DNA from: Octopus vulgaris
Taxonomy: Eukaryota
DNA: 64,000 nucleotides
Assembly: GCA_951406725.2 (NCBI GenBank)
Contig: OX597825.1
Coordinates: 86,366,001-86,430,000 of the forward strand
Direction: 5' to 3'
Below the pieces are notes generated by a model. It saw nothing but the letters and a program-made list of their open reading frames with translations. It was not told the origin of the DNA and did not search any database. Shown piece after piece: positions 23,167-35,775 of this stretch. The translations under genes were made by a program, and so were the position numbers. Every line of letters begins with the position of its first letter. Position 1 is the first letter of the stretch.

Positions 23167-24509
23167 TGCCTCTATTGCATAGGTTTGTGCATTTAGCTGT
23201 TGACGGAGAGGTTGGTAGTTCTAATCTATAGGTGTGTGGCTGTTTGGTCAGTTGAAGTTTGCTTCCCAACCACATGGTTTCAGGTTCAAAAGATCAATCA
23301 GAATTATTGTAAATATACATTAATATAAGGTGGGAGATGGGGAGCAGGACTGGTGGGTGTGTTCAACATATCTCTTTCATCAAATAATTATTAACGAACT
23401 GGAGAAACATTTTTGATAAAAGAACGAAAGAAAAAAGCCCGACATAACCTGGAGAAATCAATGGCATTAACGAGAGAGAGTAAATATTTAGAACTGTTTT
23501 TCTTTTATTATTTTGTTGAATTATTTTATTAGATTATAATTAAGATGGCAACTTCAAAAACATTGGAAAAACAAAATGTTTATGGTATAATCTTGATAAT
23601 CAATTGGTTTTAATGGGGTAGAAATAGAGGGGGAAGAGGAAACACCTGAAAAGAAAACAGATTTCAAATTTCTAGTCATGGAAATACATCAACGATGTTA
23701 TCGTTGTCAGCATATTGAAATCTTTTGGGAATTGTACGGATAGATTCCTGGCAGATTCTTCATGAGAAACAGCAATTGAACTCGATTCATTGAATAGTTT
23801 AAAGGATTGTTTAGAGGAATACGATTTTAGAATTATATGTTTGGAAGAATTGAGTGGGATAGAAATGAGGGTGTCACCACCCCTACATTGTGATGCAAGT
23901 CATAAAAACCATGTAAAAAGGAGGAATTTAGATCAAGTGCTGTTGTATGTTGGAATGGTTCCATTTCACTAGTGACCTTGGCATTCAGAATAAGAATGGT
24001 CATGCTTGTTCTGGTTTTGTGTGTTGTTCTGTAGCTTTGTGTTTATTCCTGCTACAACTTGGCCAACTATGACAAAGATATTTTTGTTACTCCATTGCTA
24101 CTTCATGTTGCCTTCCTGCAACATATTGTCTTTAAGCAAGAGAAAATTCTCTGTTACATCTTCCCCTTTGTTGTTGTTGTTGTTGTTGGCACTTTGCAGA
24201 GTATGAGATTTCTAAGGTGCTCCTACCTACAAGTTGAACTTTTCTTGCATTCCTGTTGTTTGATGTCAATAATCACTGAATTTGCTGATTCTGATAGGTG
24301 TGGGATGAACAGCCTTCTCTTCCTTGTCTCCAGATGTCTAGCTACAGGTTATATAGAATTCTGTCTTTGGTTTTATGTAATTCCAGTGTTCTTTGGCTTT
24401 TATTTGGTGAAGGTGATAGGTTTGTTATTGACACCATTATTTCTGTTTTTGACAGTGTTGATTCCTTTTCTGTTTTTTGTAATATTTTTTTTATTTGTTT
24501 ACTTTTGTT

Positions 24510-24700
24510 ATTGTTAATTAGCTCCCAGTCAGCCCTAATCAAACAGGCATTTCAACTGTAACCACCCTGTTTCCTTTTCCAGTCATAGTTAACCCACATT
24601 ATCTAGTGTGTCTTTACCCTTTTTTAAGATATCCGATTGTGATGTGGTGATTTGGTTGCTATTTTTATCTGATCAAGTGACCACGTAGAAATCCCTCTGT
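24510..24700. repeat. Repeat family D copy
   Basis: CAGTCAGCCCTAATC..GGCATTTC..GTGATTTGGTTGCTATTTTTA..GTGACCACGTAGA. Confidence 0.6.
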
Positions 24701-25374
24701 TGGATTCTCTTTTATTATCCTTGTTGATGGTGGTGGAGACTGTGGTGTTTGTGTTGCTGACACCCTCTTTCTTTGTGGTATTATTGCTTTGAGCCTGATT
24801 GTAAACCTGTTGAAATGGAGGAGCTACTTGTTTTTTCTTCATTGTCTTTTATTTGTGCAATAATATCAACACCACCACCATTCATTCCTCTGGTGAGTGT
24901 TAATAGTTAAGTGTTAGCACCGATTCTTACAAGATAGATAAATTGAACTTATTACAAGACGATTAGATGACATCAGTTCCATTTTGATTCGTAAGGATTT
25001 ACAATTGTGATGCCACCAGTTTATGATAAAACTGTTAATCTCGGTTTTACATGGTTTAATGTTAATATTGTAGTTGAATGAAGAATTATCTGTCCAGCTA
25101 AAATAATCCTTGTTTATTACAAAAGCAAATAAGTTAAGCTTATTAGCATTTAACTAAATAATGGTGACGAGGAGCTGGGCCCATTGTCTCTACTCTTGTT
25201 GTAGAAATTATGGATTACCTAAAGTTTATTTGGTGTAATGTTTTGGTTTCCAATTGGAAGCTGTTGAGAAAGGTGTACACGTCACACCATTCTCTTGAGT
25301 ATGTTCGTATAGATTTATTTCATATTTGTAGTGTTACTCTCATGTGTTGGGTAACTTTGGAAGTATACTTTTGT

Positions 25375-25762
25375 TGGCGGCTGTGTGGTAGAAAGTTTGC
25401 TTCCCAATCACACGGTTCTTGGTTCAGTCTCACTACATGGCACCTTGGACAAGTGTCTTCTACTATAGCCACATGCCAACCAAAGCCTTGTGAGTGGATC
25501 TGGTTGATGGAAACTGAAAGAAGTCCATCATGTGTGTGTGTGTGTGTGTGTGTGTGTCACCACTGCTCGGCAACTGGTGTTGGTATGTTTATGTTCCTAT
25601 ATCTTAACAATTCATCAAAGGGAGAGACTGACAGTGTAAGTAACAGGCTTTTGAAAAAAAACAAAATGTACTGCGGTTGATTCATTTGGCTAAGACTCTT
25701 CAAGGTGGTGCTCTAGCATGACCACAGTCCTAATGACTAAAACAAATAAAGAAAGATAAAGA
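25375..25762 (+). mobile_element. SINE family A (head + (TG)n + tail type 1)
   Basis: GGCTGTGTGGTAGAAAGTTTGCTTCCCAA..GGCACCTTGGACAAGTGTCTTC..(TG)n..TAGCATGACCACAGTC..AAACAAATAAAG. Confidence 0.88.
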
Positions 25763-26635
25763 TTAAAAAAATGCTAATTTTCAAAAGAAAAATGTTTATT
25801 ATCTTTGAATAAAATTTACTAAAACAATATTCCGAAAGTAAACACAAACAAATGGAAACTAAATTACTCTCTGTGTTGATTTTATATTAAAGTTCACACA
25901 GGCCAGGTTTACCTTTGATTAAGTGTTGTGAAACTTAGCTTTTTGCATTTTTGTTTGTTTTCTGCTGTTAGATATTGCAAAATATATAAATAAATAAATA
26001 AAATAAATTAAAAAAATATAGAGCAGCAAGGAGTTTTGTAATATAAATGAGTTATTTTGTTGTTTTATTTAACACTGGCTTAAAAGCTGCACTCTGTGGA
26101 CTTTTAAGATAGCTCTTGCAGCCTGTAACTCAAGAGAGCTAAATACCATGACTATAATACACCTATAATGACTGTATGCCCCAGAAGGTGTTTGAGCAGA
26201 GATTAAGGATGGATGAGAATTAATTCTGTAATGCAGTCATTGTATTGTTTCAGTTCCAAGTTGAATGCCAACTGTTGGCCAATTTGGCCCAAAGTTCTCG
26301 ACATAAAATTAATGAAGCGAATGTCATTCATCTTTCCCTTGATCTCTGATGTCATCTGACAAAACACCAACCAAGATGGTGTGAATCAGTCAAGCTTTAC
26401 CTGCTAGAAGTAGCAACTCAAATGCTTTTAAATCAGATCCCAAGAACCAAATGAAAGCTAGATTTTCAATCCCCGGATCATTCTGATTCTAAAAGGTATG
26501 TCTATGTAGACTGAGATACAGGGGTCCCAGACAGACAGAATTTTGCTTTTATTATAATAGATCAGTTAAATGTGAACCCCCTCATTTAAGACATTATCAA
26601 ATCATTAGGAATGATCTTATTAAAAAAAGAAAATT

Positions 26636-26828
26636 AAGGTGGTGAGCTGGCAGGCTGGGCATTAGCATGCTAGGTGAATTGCTTAGTGGCATTTCATCTG
26701 CCTTTATGTTATGAGTTCATATTCCGCCAAAGTTGACTTTGCCTCTTGGGGTTGATAAATTAAGTACTGGGGAAATACTGGGGTTGATGTAATCGATTAG
26801 TCCTTGTACCTTTAGTAGAAAAGATTAT
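26636..26828 (+). mobile_element. SINE family B
   Basis: AAGGTGGTGAGCTGGCAG..GAGTTCATATTCCGCC..GACTTTGCC..GATAAATTAAGTAC..CTGGGGTTGATGTAATCGA. Confidence 0.85.
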
Positions 26829-28369
26829 TAAAAGAAGAAAATTGTAGCAAAGCTGTGTGATAGTGGTGTCAGACATGGCATACAGACCATCATATAACTT
26901 GTCTGACATTGCCTTTTTATCCTTCTCTTCTGTTTTACAAATCCAGTGTACACATGTGTACATTGTGTATTCATACTTTCTGGTTCCTACTCAAAACTGT
27001 TTACAAATCACAACCATCTTAGGAACCTGCAGTTGGGAGGAGCGCTTCGTGTTCCAGTGGTTGTGAAGGAAGATAAATTATATCTTAGTGTCAGTGTTAC
27101 TCTGTCTGTGTTGGGAAGGGCATGATTGGATTGTTGTATAATGATTGACCTAAGACAAATGGACAAAATATGTTATCACCATGACTCATATCCACTGAGT
27201 GTTTTTTTTTATGATTCTAAGATATTATGGAATGCTCATTAGCCATCTGCTTGTACTAAATTTTCCTTTTTTGACATTGTTGCTTTGTTTGATGTTTTAA
27301 TTCTGCAGCTTGTTATGGAGAACTTGGTTATGGGAAATGAGCAACTATCAAACTTTTGATTTGTTGAGATTTGAAAAATGATCTTAGTTACTAATATAGA
27401 ATTCTAAAATAGAATGGATGGCTTGATAGGTTTCTCTGAAGACTAGCCTGTAGTCAGGGGTCAATAACTTTGACCTGCTATTATAGCTGATGATTCTATT
27501 TTGGTAAATTTGCATGTGATGTTCAGTTGTCATTCTGTTCCTTTTTACATGGCAGTTTTAAAAATAATCTTGGCTCTTGAGAACACATCTGTTAGCTATC
27601 ATCCGCTTGTAACATTATTTCTCTTGTTATATCAAACACAGCAAGTATCTCACTTTACTTAGGCAGGTCTTAGTTCACTTCCTTTCTGCTTTCCACTTTC
27701 TACACTAAATATAGAATCTCACATTATAATAATCTACCATTTTATTGCAGCAGTTAAAGTCACAGAATAAAGAATAAATTCTTTTGTTTTGTTGTTTGTC
27801 AGGGAATTATTTCACAATTTGGCTAAGATTTTGTCGTGGAAGAAAGAGATTATCTGAAGTATTTTCATATGATATATGGGAGTAGAAAGGAAGGTTTAAT
27901 TTGTTGGGAGCAGTCGGCTTTCTGCAGGAATAGAGACAGGGAGCAGAACGCTATGTGTAAATACATTTCTATTCTACATTGCTATCCCTGTTGTTTAGTT
28001 GGGAGTGTCATGAATGGAGTTTATAGGCAAAGTCTCTAACATCGTGGTGGGTGTTGTTACTTTTAAATCACTTTATGTTTAAGTTTATCATTTCCTTGTA
28101 ATGAAGTCTACCTTTTGACATAAGATGACCCTAGAGCTTGTCATGTGCTTCTTTGAAAAGATCTAAACTGGAACCACTTAACTTCTGAGTCATTTACATA
28201 TCTTCATGTACTTCCAGCTCTGAATATAAAGGGAAGTGGAATTTTAAGTGTATGCTTGGGGTTTGCTGTCGGTTAACAGACCCAAATGGGCAGAGACATG
28301 GTTGTGTAGTTGTTTACTTCAGAGCTGTATAACTTACAATCATTATAACAGATCCAGATAGATTAATGT

Positions 28370-28520
28370 CTGCGTGGTTAAGGTCTTTGCTTCACAACTA
28401 AATGGTTTTATTTACAATCCTAGTATGTAGCACTTACGTCAAATGTTCTCCACTGTAGTCTCAGATTGACCAAAGCTTTGTCATTGAGATTTGATAAATG
28501 GAAACTTTGTTGAAGCCTGT
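28370..28520 (+). mobile_element. Degraded SINE family A head
   Basis: GTGGTTAAGGTCTTTGCTTC..TTGACCAAAGCTTTGT..ATTTGATAAATGGAAACT. Confidence 0.6.
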
Positions 28521-29132
28521 TGCAGGTAGCATACTTAGTTTTAGGTGGTAAACTGAATCTGTTACCTAGTTTAACACCACTACCTGGGCCTTAGGTACCC
28601 TTAGCAGAATCCTCTCTGTTGCAAGCATTCAGTGTTGGTTTCTGGTCTGTCATTGACTTACTTTTTTCCTCTGCCACCTGTCTTGGAGACCCTGAAAAAT
28701 ATCACAGACTATTGCCCTTCCATCTCAAACTTAATAACAGTATATAGAGATCTTTCAGAGAGGCTTTTCAAGGATGGTGCCCACACCAAGAAAACAATAT
28801 TAATAGTCCTTCCTAAATACTGATCTGAGGTCCATATCTTTACTTAGAGACAGTGGTAAAAATGCAAATGAACTGAGTTGCCCTTAATGCAAGGTCATTT
28901 ACCCAGCAATATCATGTCACTAGACATAGTACGATAAAAATCAGTAAGATAAGGATATCTGGGACAATTATAGGCAACTTGGGCAGCAGGGTGGTAGTGT
29001 CCATTCAGAATATTCTGAATGTTAAAGTGTGGAGGATATAGAGGTAAGCTGGGAGCATTGATTAAAAAAGATCTTTCAAACTAATGGCTGCCTATGGCCT
29101 GAAACAGGGTGGACTACTACTACTACTACTGG

Positions 29133-29300
29133 TGGTGGTGAGCTGGCAGAATCGTTAGTGTATTGGACAAAATATTTAGTGGCATTTCTTCTGGCTCTTC
29201 ATATGCTAAGCTCAAATCCTGCTGGGGTCAACTTTGCTTTTTATTCTTTGGGGAGGGAGGGGAGATAAAAGGAAGTACCAGTTAAGTGCTAGGGTTAATG
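29133..29300 (+). mobile_element. SINE family B
   Basis: GGTGAGCTGGCAGAATCGTTAG..CTCAAATCCTGCTGGGGTCAACTTTGC..AAGTACCAGTT. Confidence 0.8.
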
Positions 29301-29465
29301 TGAAGAATTCTCAGTTTTCATAGAGTTACTGTTCATTCACACACACACACACACACACACATCACTAAGCTCAGAGTAACAAGTCAGTTTTGTTGAAGTT
29401 TTCTGTAGTTTTAAATATCAACCAGTGTTAATCCATTAATATATATTTATTTGTTGTATTTTCAG

Positions 29466-29518
29466 GTTCTCAGCCTAATCACTTTCACTTTGCAACAAAC
29501 AGTAATGTAAACAAACTG
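29466..29518 (+). CDS. Candidate internal exon (53 nt) of an unidentified + strand gene
   Basis: Acceptor TTTATTTGTTGTATTTTCAG and consensus donor CTG|GTAAGT. Only one of three frames is open (phase 1 in, phase 0 out): xSQPNHFHFATNSNVNKL. It could be a UTR or non-coding exon. Confidence 0.5.
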
Positions 29519-29534
29519 GTAAGTTTATTTATTG

Positions 29535-29660
29535 TTTATTTTTACTGGTTTCAGTCATTGGATTACAGCCAGGCTGGAGCACTGCTTTCAAATGTTTAGT
29601 TGATAGTATTGACTGCCAATACTTCAGTCTAGTACTTATTTTATCACTCTCTGTTTGTGG
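29535..29660 (-). mobile_element. SINE family A tail fragment
   Basis: TTTTACTGGTTTCAGTCATTGG..GCCAGGCTGGAGCAC..GTACTTATTTTATC is the reverse complement of tail type 1. Confidence 0.65.
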
Positions 29661-30159
29661 AACCTCAGTTACCAATTATAACAAGATGTAACTTAACAAA
29701 TGTGGACATACTCATAAACCTACGCGCACACACACACACACACACACTCTCTCTCTCTGGTCTTCTGTATGATTTCTGTTTCTAATGTTCCATTCAGGAA
29801 GTATCAACTCATAGTGCAATATATATATCTGTATGTATGTATGTGAGAGAGAGAGAGAGTGGGGGAAGGCTGTCATGAGCATGTTGGAGTGGAATCTCTA
29901 AGATGATCTCTCAGGGGATTTCATGGAAGAATATCTTTGCACCCAACTCATACATTAGTTATCACTTTATTTCTCTCTTGCAAGTGTCTTGGATTGTTAC
30001 ATGCAAATTCTTTGCATTTTCTCCTGGATATTTCTTCATCAGTGTCGCTGCTGGCTAATTAGCCATACTGATGTCAGCAGAGAAGGAGATGTACTAGAAC
30101 TGTGCCAATGATGCTTTTTGTCTTGAGAACATGAACAAAGTAATGCCATTTCTCGGTAA

Positions 30160-30455
30160 GTGGAAGCACATGGCCTAGTGGTTAGAGCAGCGGACTTGCG
30201 GGTTCAAATCTCAGACCGGACGATGTGTGTATTTATGAGTGAAACGCCTAAGCTCCACGCGGCTCTGGCAGAAGTTAATGGCGAAACTTCTGCTGACTCT
30301 TCCACCACAACATTCTCTCACTCTTTCCTCCTGCATCTTGCAGCTCATCTGCGACGGACTGGCGTCCTGTCCAGGTGGGGAACCTATATGCCAAGAAACC
30401 GGGAAACCGGCCCTTATGAGCCAGGCCTGGCTCGAGAAGGAACAAACAACAACAA
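30160..30455 (+). mobile_element. Young tRNA-derived SINE with V-domain-like core, (AAC)n tail and 13-bp TSD
   Basis: A box TGGCCTAGTGG (30171-30181), B box GGTTCAAATC (30201-30210), core CTGCGACGGACTGGCGTCCTGTCCAGG (30349-30375). TSD CATTTCTCGGTAA (30147-30159) / CATTTCTTGGTAA (30456-30468). Many CpGs are retained. Confidence 0.92.
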
Positions 30456-30956
30456 CATTTCTTGGTAAAACAATATTTTCAGCTTTGAAGGAAAATGGGT
30501 CCATGAATTCAGTCTACAGAGAGAGTGATGCTATTTAACATTACTCTTGAAACTCATTGCATACAAAATGAGTATCCCTTTAGTGAAGCTGCACCCAGTT
30601 CTGGACTGTTATGAAAAATTGCTTTGCTTTTAAAGTTGATAAAGTTTTAGAGTTAGAAGAGAGCAGTCCTGTATTCCTTGTGACATGTAGATTGGTAACT
30701 TCTGGTCTTGAGTTCAAATCTTGCCCAACTAGTTTCGAGGTTGACTTCAGTATTTTAGATCAATAATCATATTGTCTTGCCTCTTCCTGTAAAAATGGTC
30801 GTGTGACAAGTCAAAAGAAAACCCTATTTTCTTAGGTTAATATAAATATGTATGAAGTTAATGCGAAATGCGTGTTTTTTTCTTGAATAAAGGAAAAAGT
30901 ATTTGTCTGGAAATCCTTTCTAATACAGCAACAATTGTAAAAAGGAAAACAAGTAA

Positions 30957-30958
<2 letters not shown>

Positions 30959-30998
<40 letters not shown>

Positions 30999-31003
30999 AG
31001 AAA
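30959..31003. repeat. (AG)n microsatellite
   Basis: Direct reading. Confidence 0.95.
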
Positions 31004-31469
31004 GTTTATCCCAGTTAATAATGTATCTGTTGTAAAAAAATTTTAAAAGTATTTCTGTTGTTAGCTAAGGAAGAAAAGCACTGTTTTATATATATATAGC
31101 TAAGGAAAAAAAAGCTCTGTTTTATACACACACACACATATATATGATCTCATATCAATTCAGTTTCCACAGTATATGTGGAGAATTGATGGATTTTTCC
31201 AAGTCTATATTTTGGTTATTGAAAGCTTTGCCAACAATATCGAATCAATAACAGAATATCTGTGTAATTTAATGTACGTTGGATTATCATTTTAGAATGT
31301 TTTTCTCCACCCCTTCCCATTTTCTACTATGTTCATTCAATGAAAGGAAAAAGTATTAAGAATAAAACACGCCAAACCATATCCAAACTACAGTTCCTTG
31401 TTAGAAATGTCTTTGAATTAAAATATCAAATATGTATTACAATAAAAACAACTCTTTTTTTTTCTTCAG

Positions 31470-31508
31470 GTTTTTACATCTAAAACTTTATCTACAATAC
31501 TCTACTGA
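31470..31508 (+). CDS. Candidate terminal coding exon (VFTSKTLSTILY*)
   Basis: Strong acceptor CTCTTTTTTTTTCTTCAG. The phase 0 reading is compatible with the exon at 29466 and stops at TGA 31506-31508. Tandem AATAAA at 31553 and 31560. Confidence 0.35.
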   Translation, partial: VFTSKTLSTILY

Positions 31509-32574
31509 TTTCTTGCTTTTAGTCTTTGAGTTGATATCATTCTTGAATGAAGAATAAACAATAAACATATACTTGTTTATTTATTTTTCCAAACTGTTTT
31601 ATCATTAACCTCATCAATCACTGCAAGAATGTAGTTTTGGTTTGAAACAAAAATCTCTGGCTGACTTACTAAAATGTAAGAACATCCCTGACACTGCTAG
31701 CGAACATATAATGTTTGCAATTTAAAGAAATAGGAATTTTTAATCTCTCTATATATTCTACTTGTCTTACTTTGTCTTAGATGGAATGATTATTGTATAG
31801 TTATACAAGTAATTACCAAAACAATCAAAGAAATCGGTTGCTTTGTATTCAGAGCACTTATTGATGATTATTGAAATATTTTATTCCACCACCATCTGTA
31901 GTGAGACTGAAGTTGTTTCTATTGAACTGATTCTATCAAATAGTAATCTACCCAACTACCATTAATGCTCTCTTATTTATTCATTTTGGTATCTTTTTAG
32001 CATCTGTTTTAATTATAAGATTAATCAGTAAAAATGTTAATTTTCCTCTCTTTCCTTCATTTATTCTATTTTCTAAAAATCTATTTTCTGGGTTTAATTT
32101 TGTAATTTCCTTTTGCTGTTTGTCATGTGTCCATCTTACCATCGTTATCAATAGCTTTTAAGTCATTACAGTGAATCTAAAATGGCATTTCTTTGTATCA
32201 CTGTCTGGGTGGGTTGCATTGTTTTGCAAATTTATATATTTACCTGAATTTTTACAGCAGATCTTTTATAGTTCAGTGTTCATCTTCATAAAGTATCTGT
32301 GGAGACAATATTGTCTTTCCGATAAGATAACTTGAGATGGTGAAGCTGCTTTGTGGTTACTCGATCTGCTAGAAATGTCAACCAAGTCTCCTTCGTATCA
32401 CACTCACCATTTGAAAAAAAGACTTGATGTAATCTTAGACATTCTGTCTGAAATGGAAAACAATGTAACAGTTGGTCATGAGTGGAATACAATCAGGGCT
32501 GACTTGAGATGCTCGACAATAATTTGTCATTTGTATTTCTTGTGAAACATTTTTACAGCCTTTGGATTTTATAA

Positions 32575-33075
32575 TCATCATTTTACACATCCACTTTTCT
32601 ATGCTTGTATAGGCAAAATAGAATTAATTTGCTGAGGCAGATTTTCTATTGCCTGATGCTCTTCCTGTCACTAACCCTCAACTGTTTCCAAGCAACGTGA
32701 TATTTCCTATAGACCTTCAAACACAAAGAGCACAACAGCTAGAAGATTGCAAATGAAGGGTGACACTACTTGTATGACTCTGATGTTTGTATTGCATAAC
32801 ATATAATATTATGTTTTGCATAACATATAATATAATACAATATTGTTTTGCATAATATTGCTATTATGCAATACAAAGAGAAGGAGACACATGCTTGAAC
32901 ACTCACACACTCTCTCTCTCTCCCTCTCCCTGCCTCTCTGAAATCCAGTTATGAGGCTTTAGCCAGCCTGGAGCTAGAGTTGAAGGCACTAGCCCAAGGT
33001 ACCTTGCAGTAGGGGTGAACCCATAACTATATGGTTGGGAAGTGAACTCCTTAACCAGCCATTTTTCTGCACCTA
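32575..33075 (-). mobile_element. Composite SINE: family A head + tail type 2 (degraded)
   Basis: Head reverse complement at about 32940-33075 (GCCCAAGGTACC..GGTTGGGAAG..TTAACC) and tail reverse complement at about 32575-32780 (GAGGCAGATTTTCTA..GATGCTCTTCCTGTC). Confidence 0.7.
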
Positions 33076-33102
33076 TGGAAGATGCTAGTGTACCTTTCTG
33101 TG

Positions 33103-33262
33103 TAGTTGTAGTTGTTTAAGCCCCAAAGTCCTGATTCACCAGACCTTTGGTCAAAGTCATTCCACTGCTGACCATCCTGTTGTTAATTTGGCATAGTGTA
33201 TCTCAGGCCTAGTGTGGAACAGTAGTCTGTGACTTGAGGGAGGTTTCACTGCTATTTCTATT
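33103..33262. repeat. Repeat family D copy
   Basis: GTTGTTTAAGCCCC..CAGACCTTTGGTCAAAG..TTGAGGGAGGTTTCACTGCTATTTCTA. Confidence 0.65.
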
Positions 33263-35113
33263 GTTTGTGCTTTTGTAGTTGATAAAAGGATATAAATAGA
33301 ACGTTTTGAAGAATTGATCAGTAAAAGATGTTCGTGATGTTTTAGCCATGAGTCAGCAACAGTCACAGGTCCAAATAGAATCTTATATATTCAATTACTA
33401 TCTCCTTTGGCACAGCTTGTGTTAAAGCTTCATTTTCTTTTTTCTTCCTTATTTGCAACATAAAAACCAGTTAATAGTGCCATAGATGTTGGTGTTGATG
33501 GGAGCATTTGCTTGTAAAATATTTTCACCAAGAATGTAAAACCTGTCTATAATTTTATGCAGAAATTGAAGAAACAAATCTTAGCAAATCTCTCTCTCTC
33601 TCTCATGTTGAAAATCTCTAACCTATAATGTTGCTTTGGTTGGTGCTAAAGTCTACATAGAGAGAAGTGATTAAAGCATTGACATGATAGAAACTTCAGA
33701 TTGTGTGAGGTTCTGTAGATTAGATGAAGTATGGAGACACTTGCCAAATGCTGCTGGCATATTGACCTTATTCTCTTGGAGTTGTTGGATGACATCCAAT
33801 TTTATTATTTCCTAATTCATGAAATAACAGCAACTGGGTCATTACTCAATGAAGCAGCGACTGGTTTACTTTTAGAGATGTGGGGTTTTTTTTCACTGAG
33901 AACTATCTCCATTTTGTTGAACTGCCACAAAATAACATTTTGGGTTTTTTTTTTTTTTCGCTGAGATAGCTTGCTGTCTGAAGATGACAAAGTGTGTGTA
34001 TGTGTGTGTGTGTGTTCTGAGTAAATAGCAGCATGCAGGAATAAATAGCAACTGATAACACCAGAAGGGAAATAATCTGGCAAATTTTAGATTTCTCAGT
34101 TATCATTTTGTTTACTACATTTTATTATTATTATTATTATTTGGTAAAAGCTGAATATTGGCTGATAATTGAAATAGGTTGTAATTAAATTGTTTTCTTC
34201 TTTTCACTTGTGCATCATTAAAACTAGGTTTTACTTTTGTGGGCAAGATGGAGTGTTTTTTTCTTTTTTAATTGTACTCCCCTACCTCAAATATTTGTAC
34301 AATGTCATGTAGTGTTTTCCTCTGTAGGGCTTCTTTTAGAATTTCTCACCACATTGAACTATATATTCAATTAATAAATAAGATAAATAAATAAAAAGTA
34401 ACAGTAACGATATTTTCTTTGTCCCTTTTTTTCTAAAAATATTTGTTCAACAATAATGTAATACACGAACTAATGATGAAATCAAGACAAATAGGACCTC
34501 ATCTGGCATGAGAGAAGATTGTAGACAAAGATGGCATTTGTCAATATCTCCAAAACTGTTGCAATGTTGTAAGAGATAGATGTGTGTGGTGTGAGTCCCA
34601 ACCCTAAGTCTGATGATCTTCTCTGTTTCAAATTATAATACCTAATATCGATATCCAAATTATGTTATCAATGCTGTAATATCAATCCCCAGATTATATT
34701 AAAACAAGTGAGAAGGGCACAAAGTTTGCTATCACAAGTTAATAAATCAGGAATTTTAAAGTGTGGAAAAATTTAAAGATTTTATTGATTTAAGTCCTTC
34801 CCAAAGTATGTTTATGTTGTTGATTCACATAAATGTATTTTTTTGTTTTTTTTACCAATCTTTTGCCAATCCTCTGCTTCTTAGGTTTACTTGGGCCCCA
34901 ATCAGACAGGTCTGGAAATAAATACTGATATAACCACTTCTCTTCAAGTGTTTCATTAGGCTTCGTTATCCTTTTAACAGTTTTTTTCTTTTTTAATGTT
35001 ACTGCTTTTGTCACTGACCACTCAAGCATAAGCAGGTGGTGCTGGATTATATGGTCACCAGCAGCAAGTTTCCATCAGCTGCCAGTAATGAATTTTTCTC
35101 CATCTGACTTTAA

Positions 35114-35243
35114 CCCTTTAGCATTCAAATTACTCTAAAAGATTTTCATGATTAGGTTGGTGTGAAGGGCTGGATCTGGTTACTTTGAACATAAAACAGG
35201 CAGAATATTTCAGCCTGATGTGGTCAGTTTAAATGCCACAGGG
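35114..35243. mobile_element. piggyBac-like MITE, internally deleted
   Basis: TTAA|CCCTTTAGCATT ... AATGCCACAGGG|TTAA, with TTAA TSDs at 35110-13 and 35244-47. Confidence 0.85.
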
Positions 35244-35339
35244 TTAAACTGATGTAGTTGTAAATCTATGTAAAATATAAAATACTTGAATTTAACATAA
35301 CAATCCACTTCTCTGTGATGGTCAATATATGACCAATAT

Positions 35340-35775
35340 ATCATCATCATCGTCAATGTTTTAATGGCTACTTTTCCATGTTTGCGTGGGTCGGATGGAG
35401 TTTATTGAGGCAGATTTTCAATGGCCGGATGCCCTTCCTGTTGCCCATCCTTACCATCTTTTCCAAGTAAGGTAATATTTCCCCATGGCCAGACTGTTCT
35501 CACAGTATATTGGATATTAATGACACTGCTTGTATGACAGGGATACTCATTTACAACTGTCACACTATGTAATGGTAAGGAGATACAAACATATGCACAC
35601 TGAAATTTACACATACACACACACGATGGGCTTCTTTTGGTTTCCAGTCTATTAAATCCACTCACAAGTTTTTGGTTGGCCTGCATCTGTAGTTGACACT
35701 TGGCCAAGGTGCCTTGCAGTGGGACTGAATCTGAAACCATGTGGTTGGGAAGCAAACTTCTTAAGCACACAACCA
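35340..35775 (-). mobile_element. Composite SINE: family A head + (CA)n + tail type 2
   Basis: (CAT)n..TTTTCCATG..GAGGCAGATTTTC..GGATGCCCTTCCTGTTGCC..(CA)n..AAATCCACTCACAAG..CATGTGGTTGGGAAGCAAACTTCTTA. Confidence 0.88.

Noticed and set aside
22538-23275. Several 73-118 aa ORFs
   Set aside because: They consist of microsatellites and SINE C copies.
23720-23880. Possible Penelope ORF relic on the minus strand (..KHIILKSY..KLFNESSSIAVSHEESARNL)
   Set aside because: Resemblance is too loose to call by eye.
24059-24517. 152-aa hydrophobic ORF
   Set aside because: T-rich low-complexity sequence with a non-ATG start, no recognisable domain and no splice support.
25210-25680. 156-aa ORF
   Set aside because: It runs through a family A SINE and a (TG)n tract.
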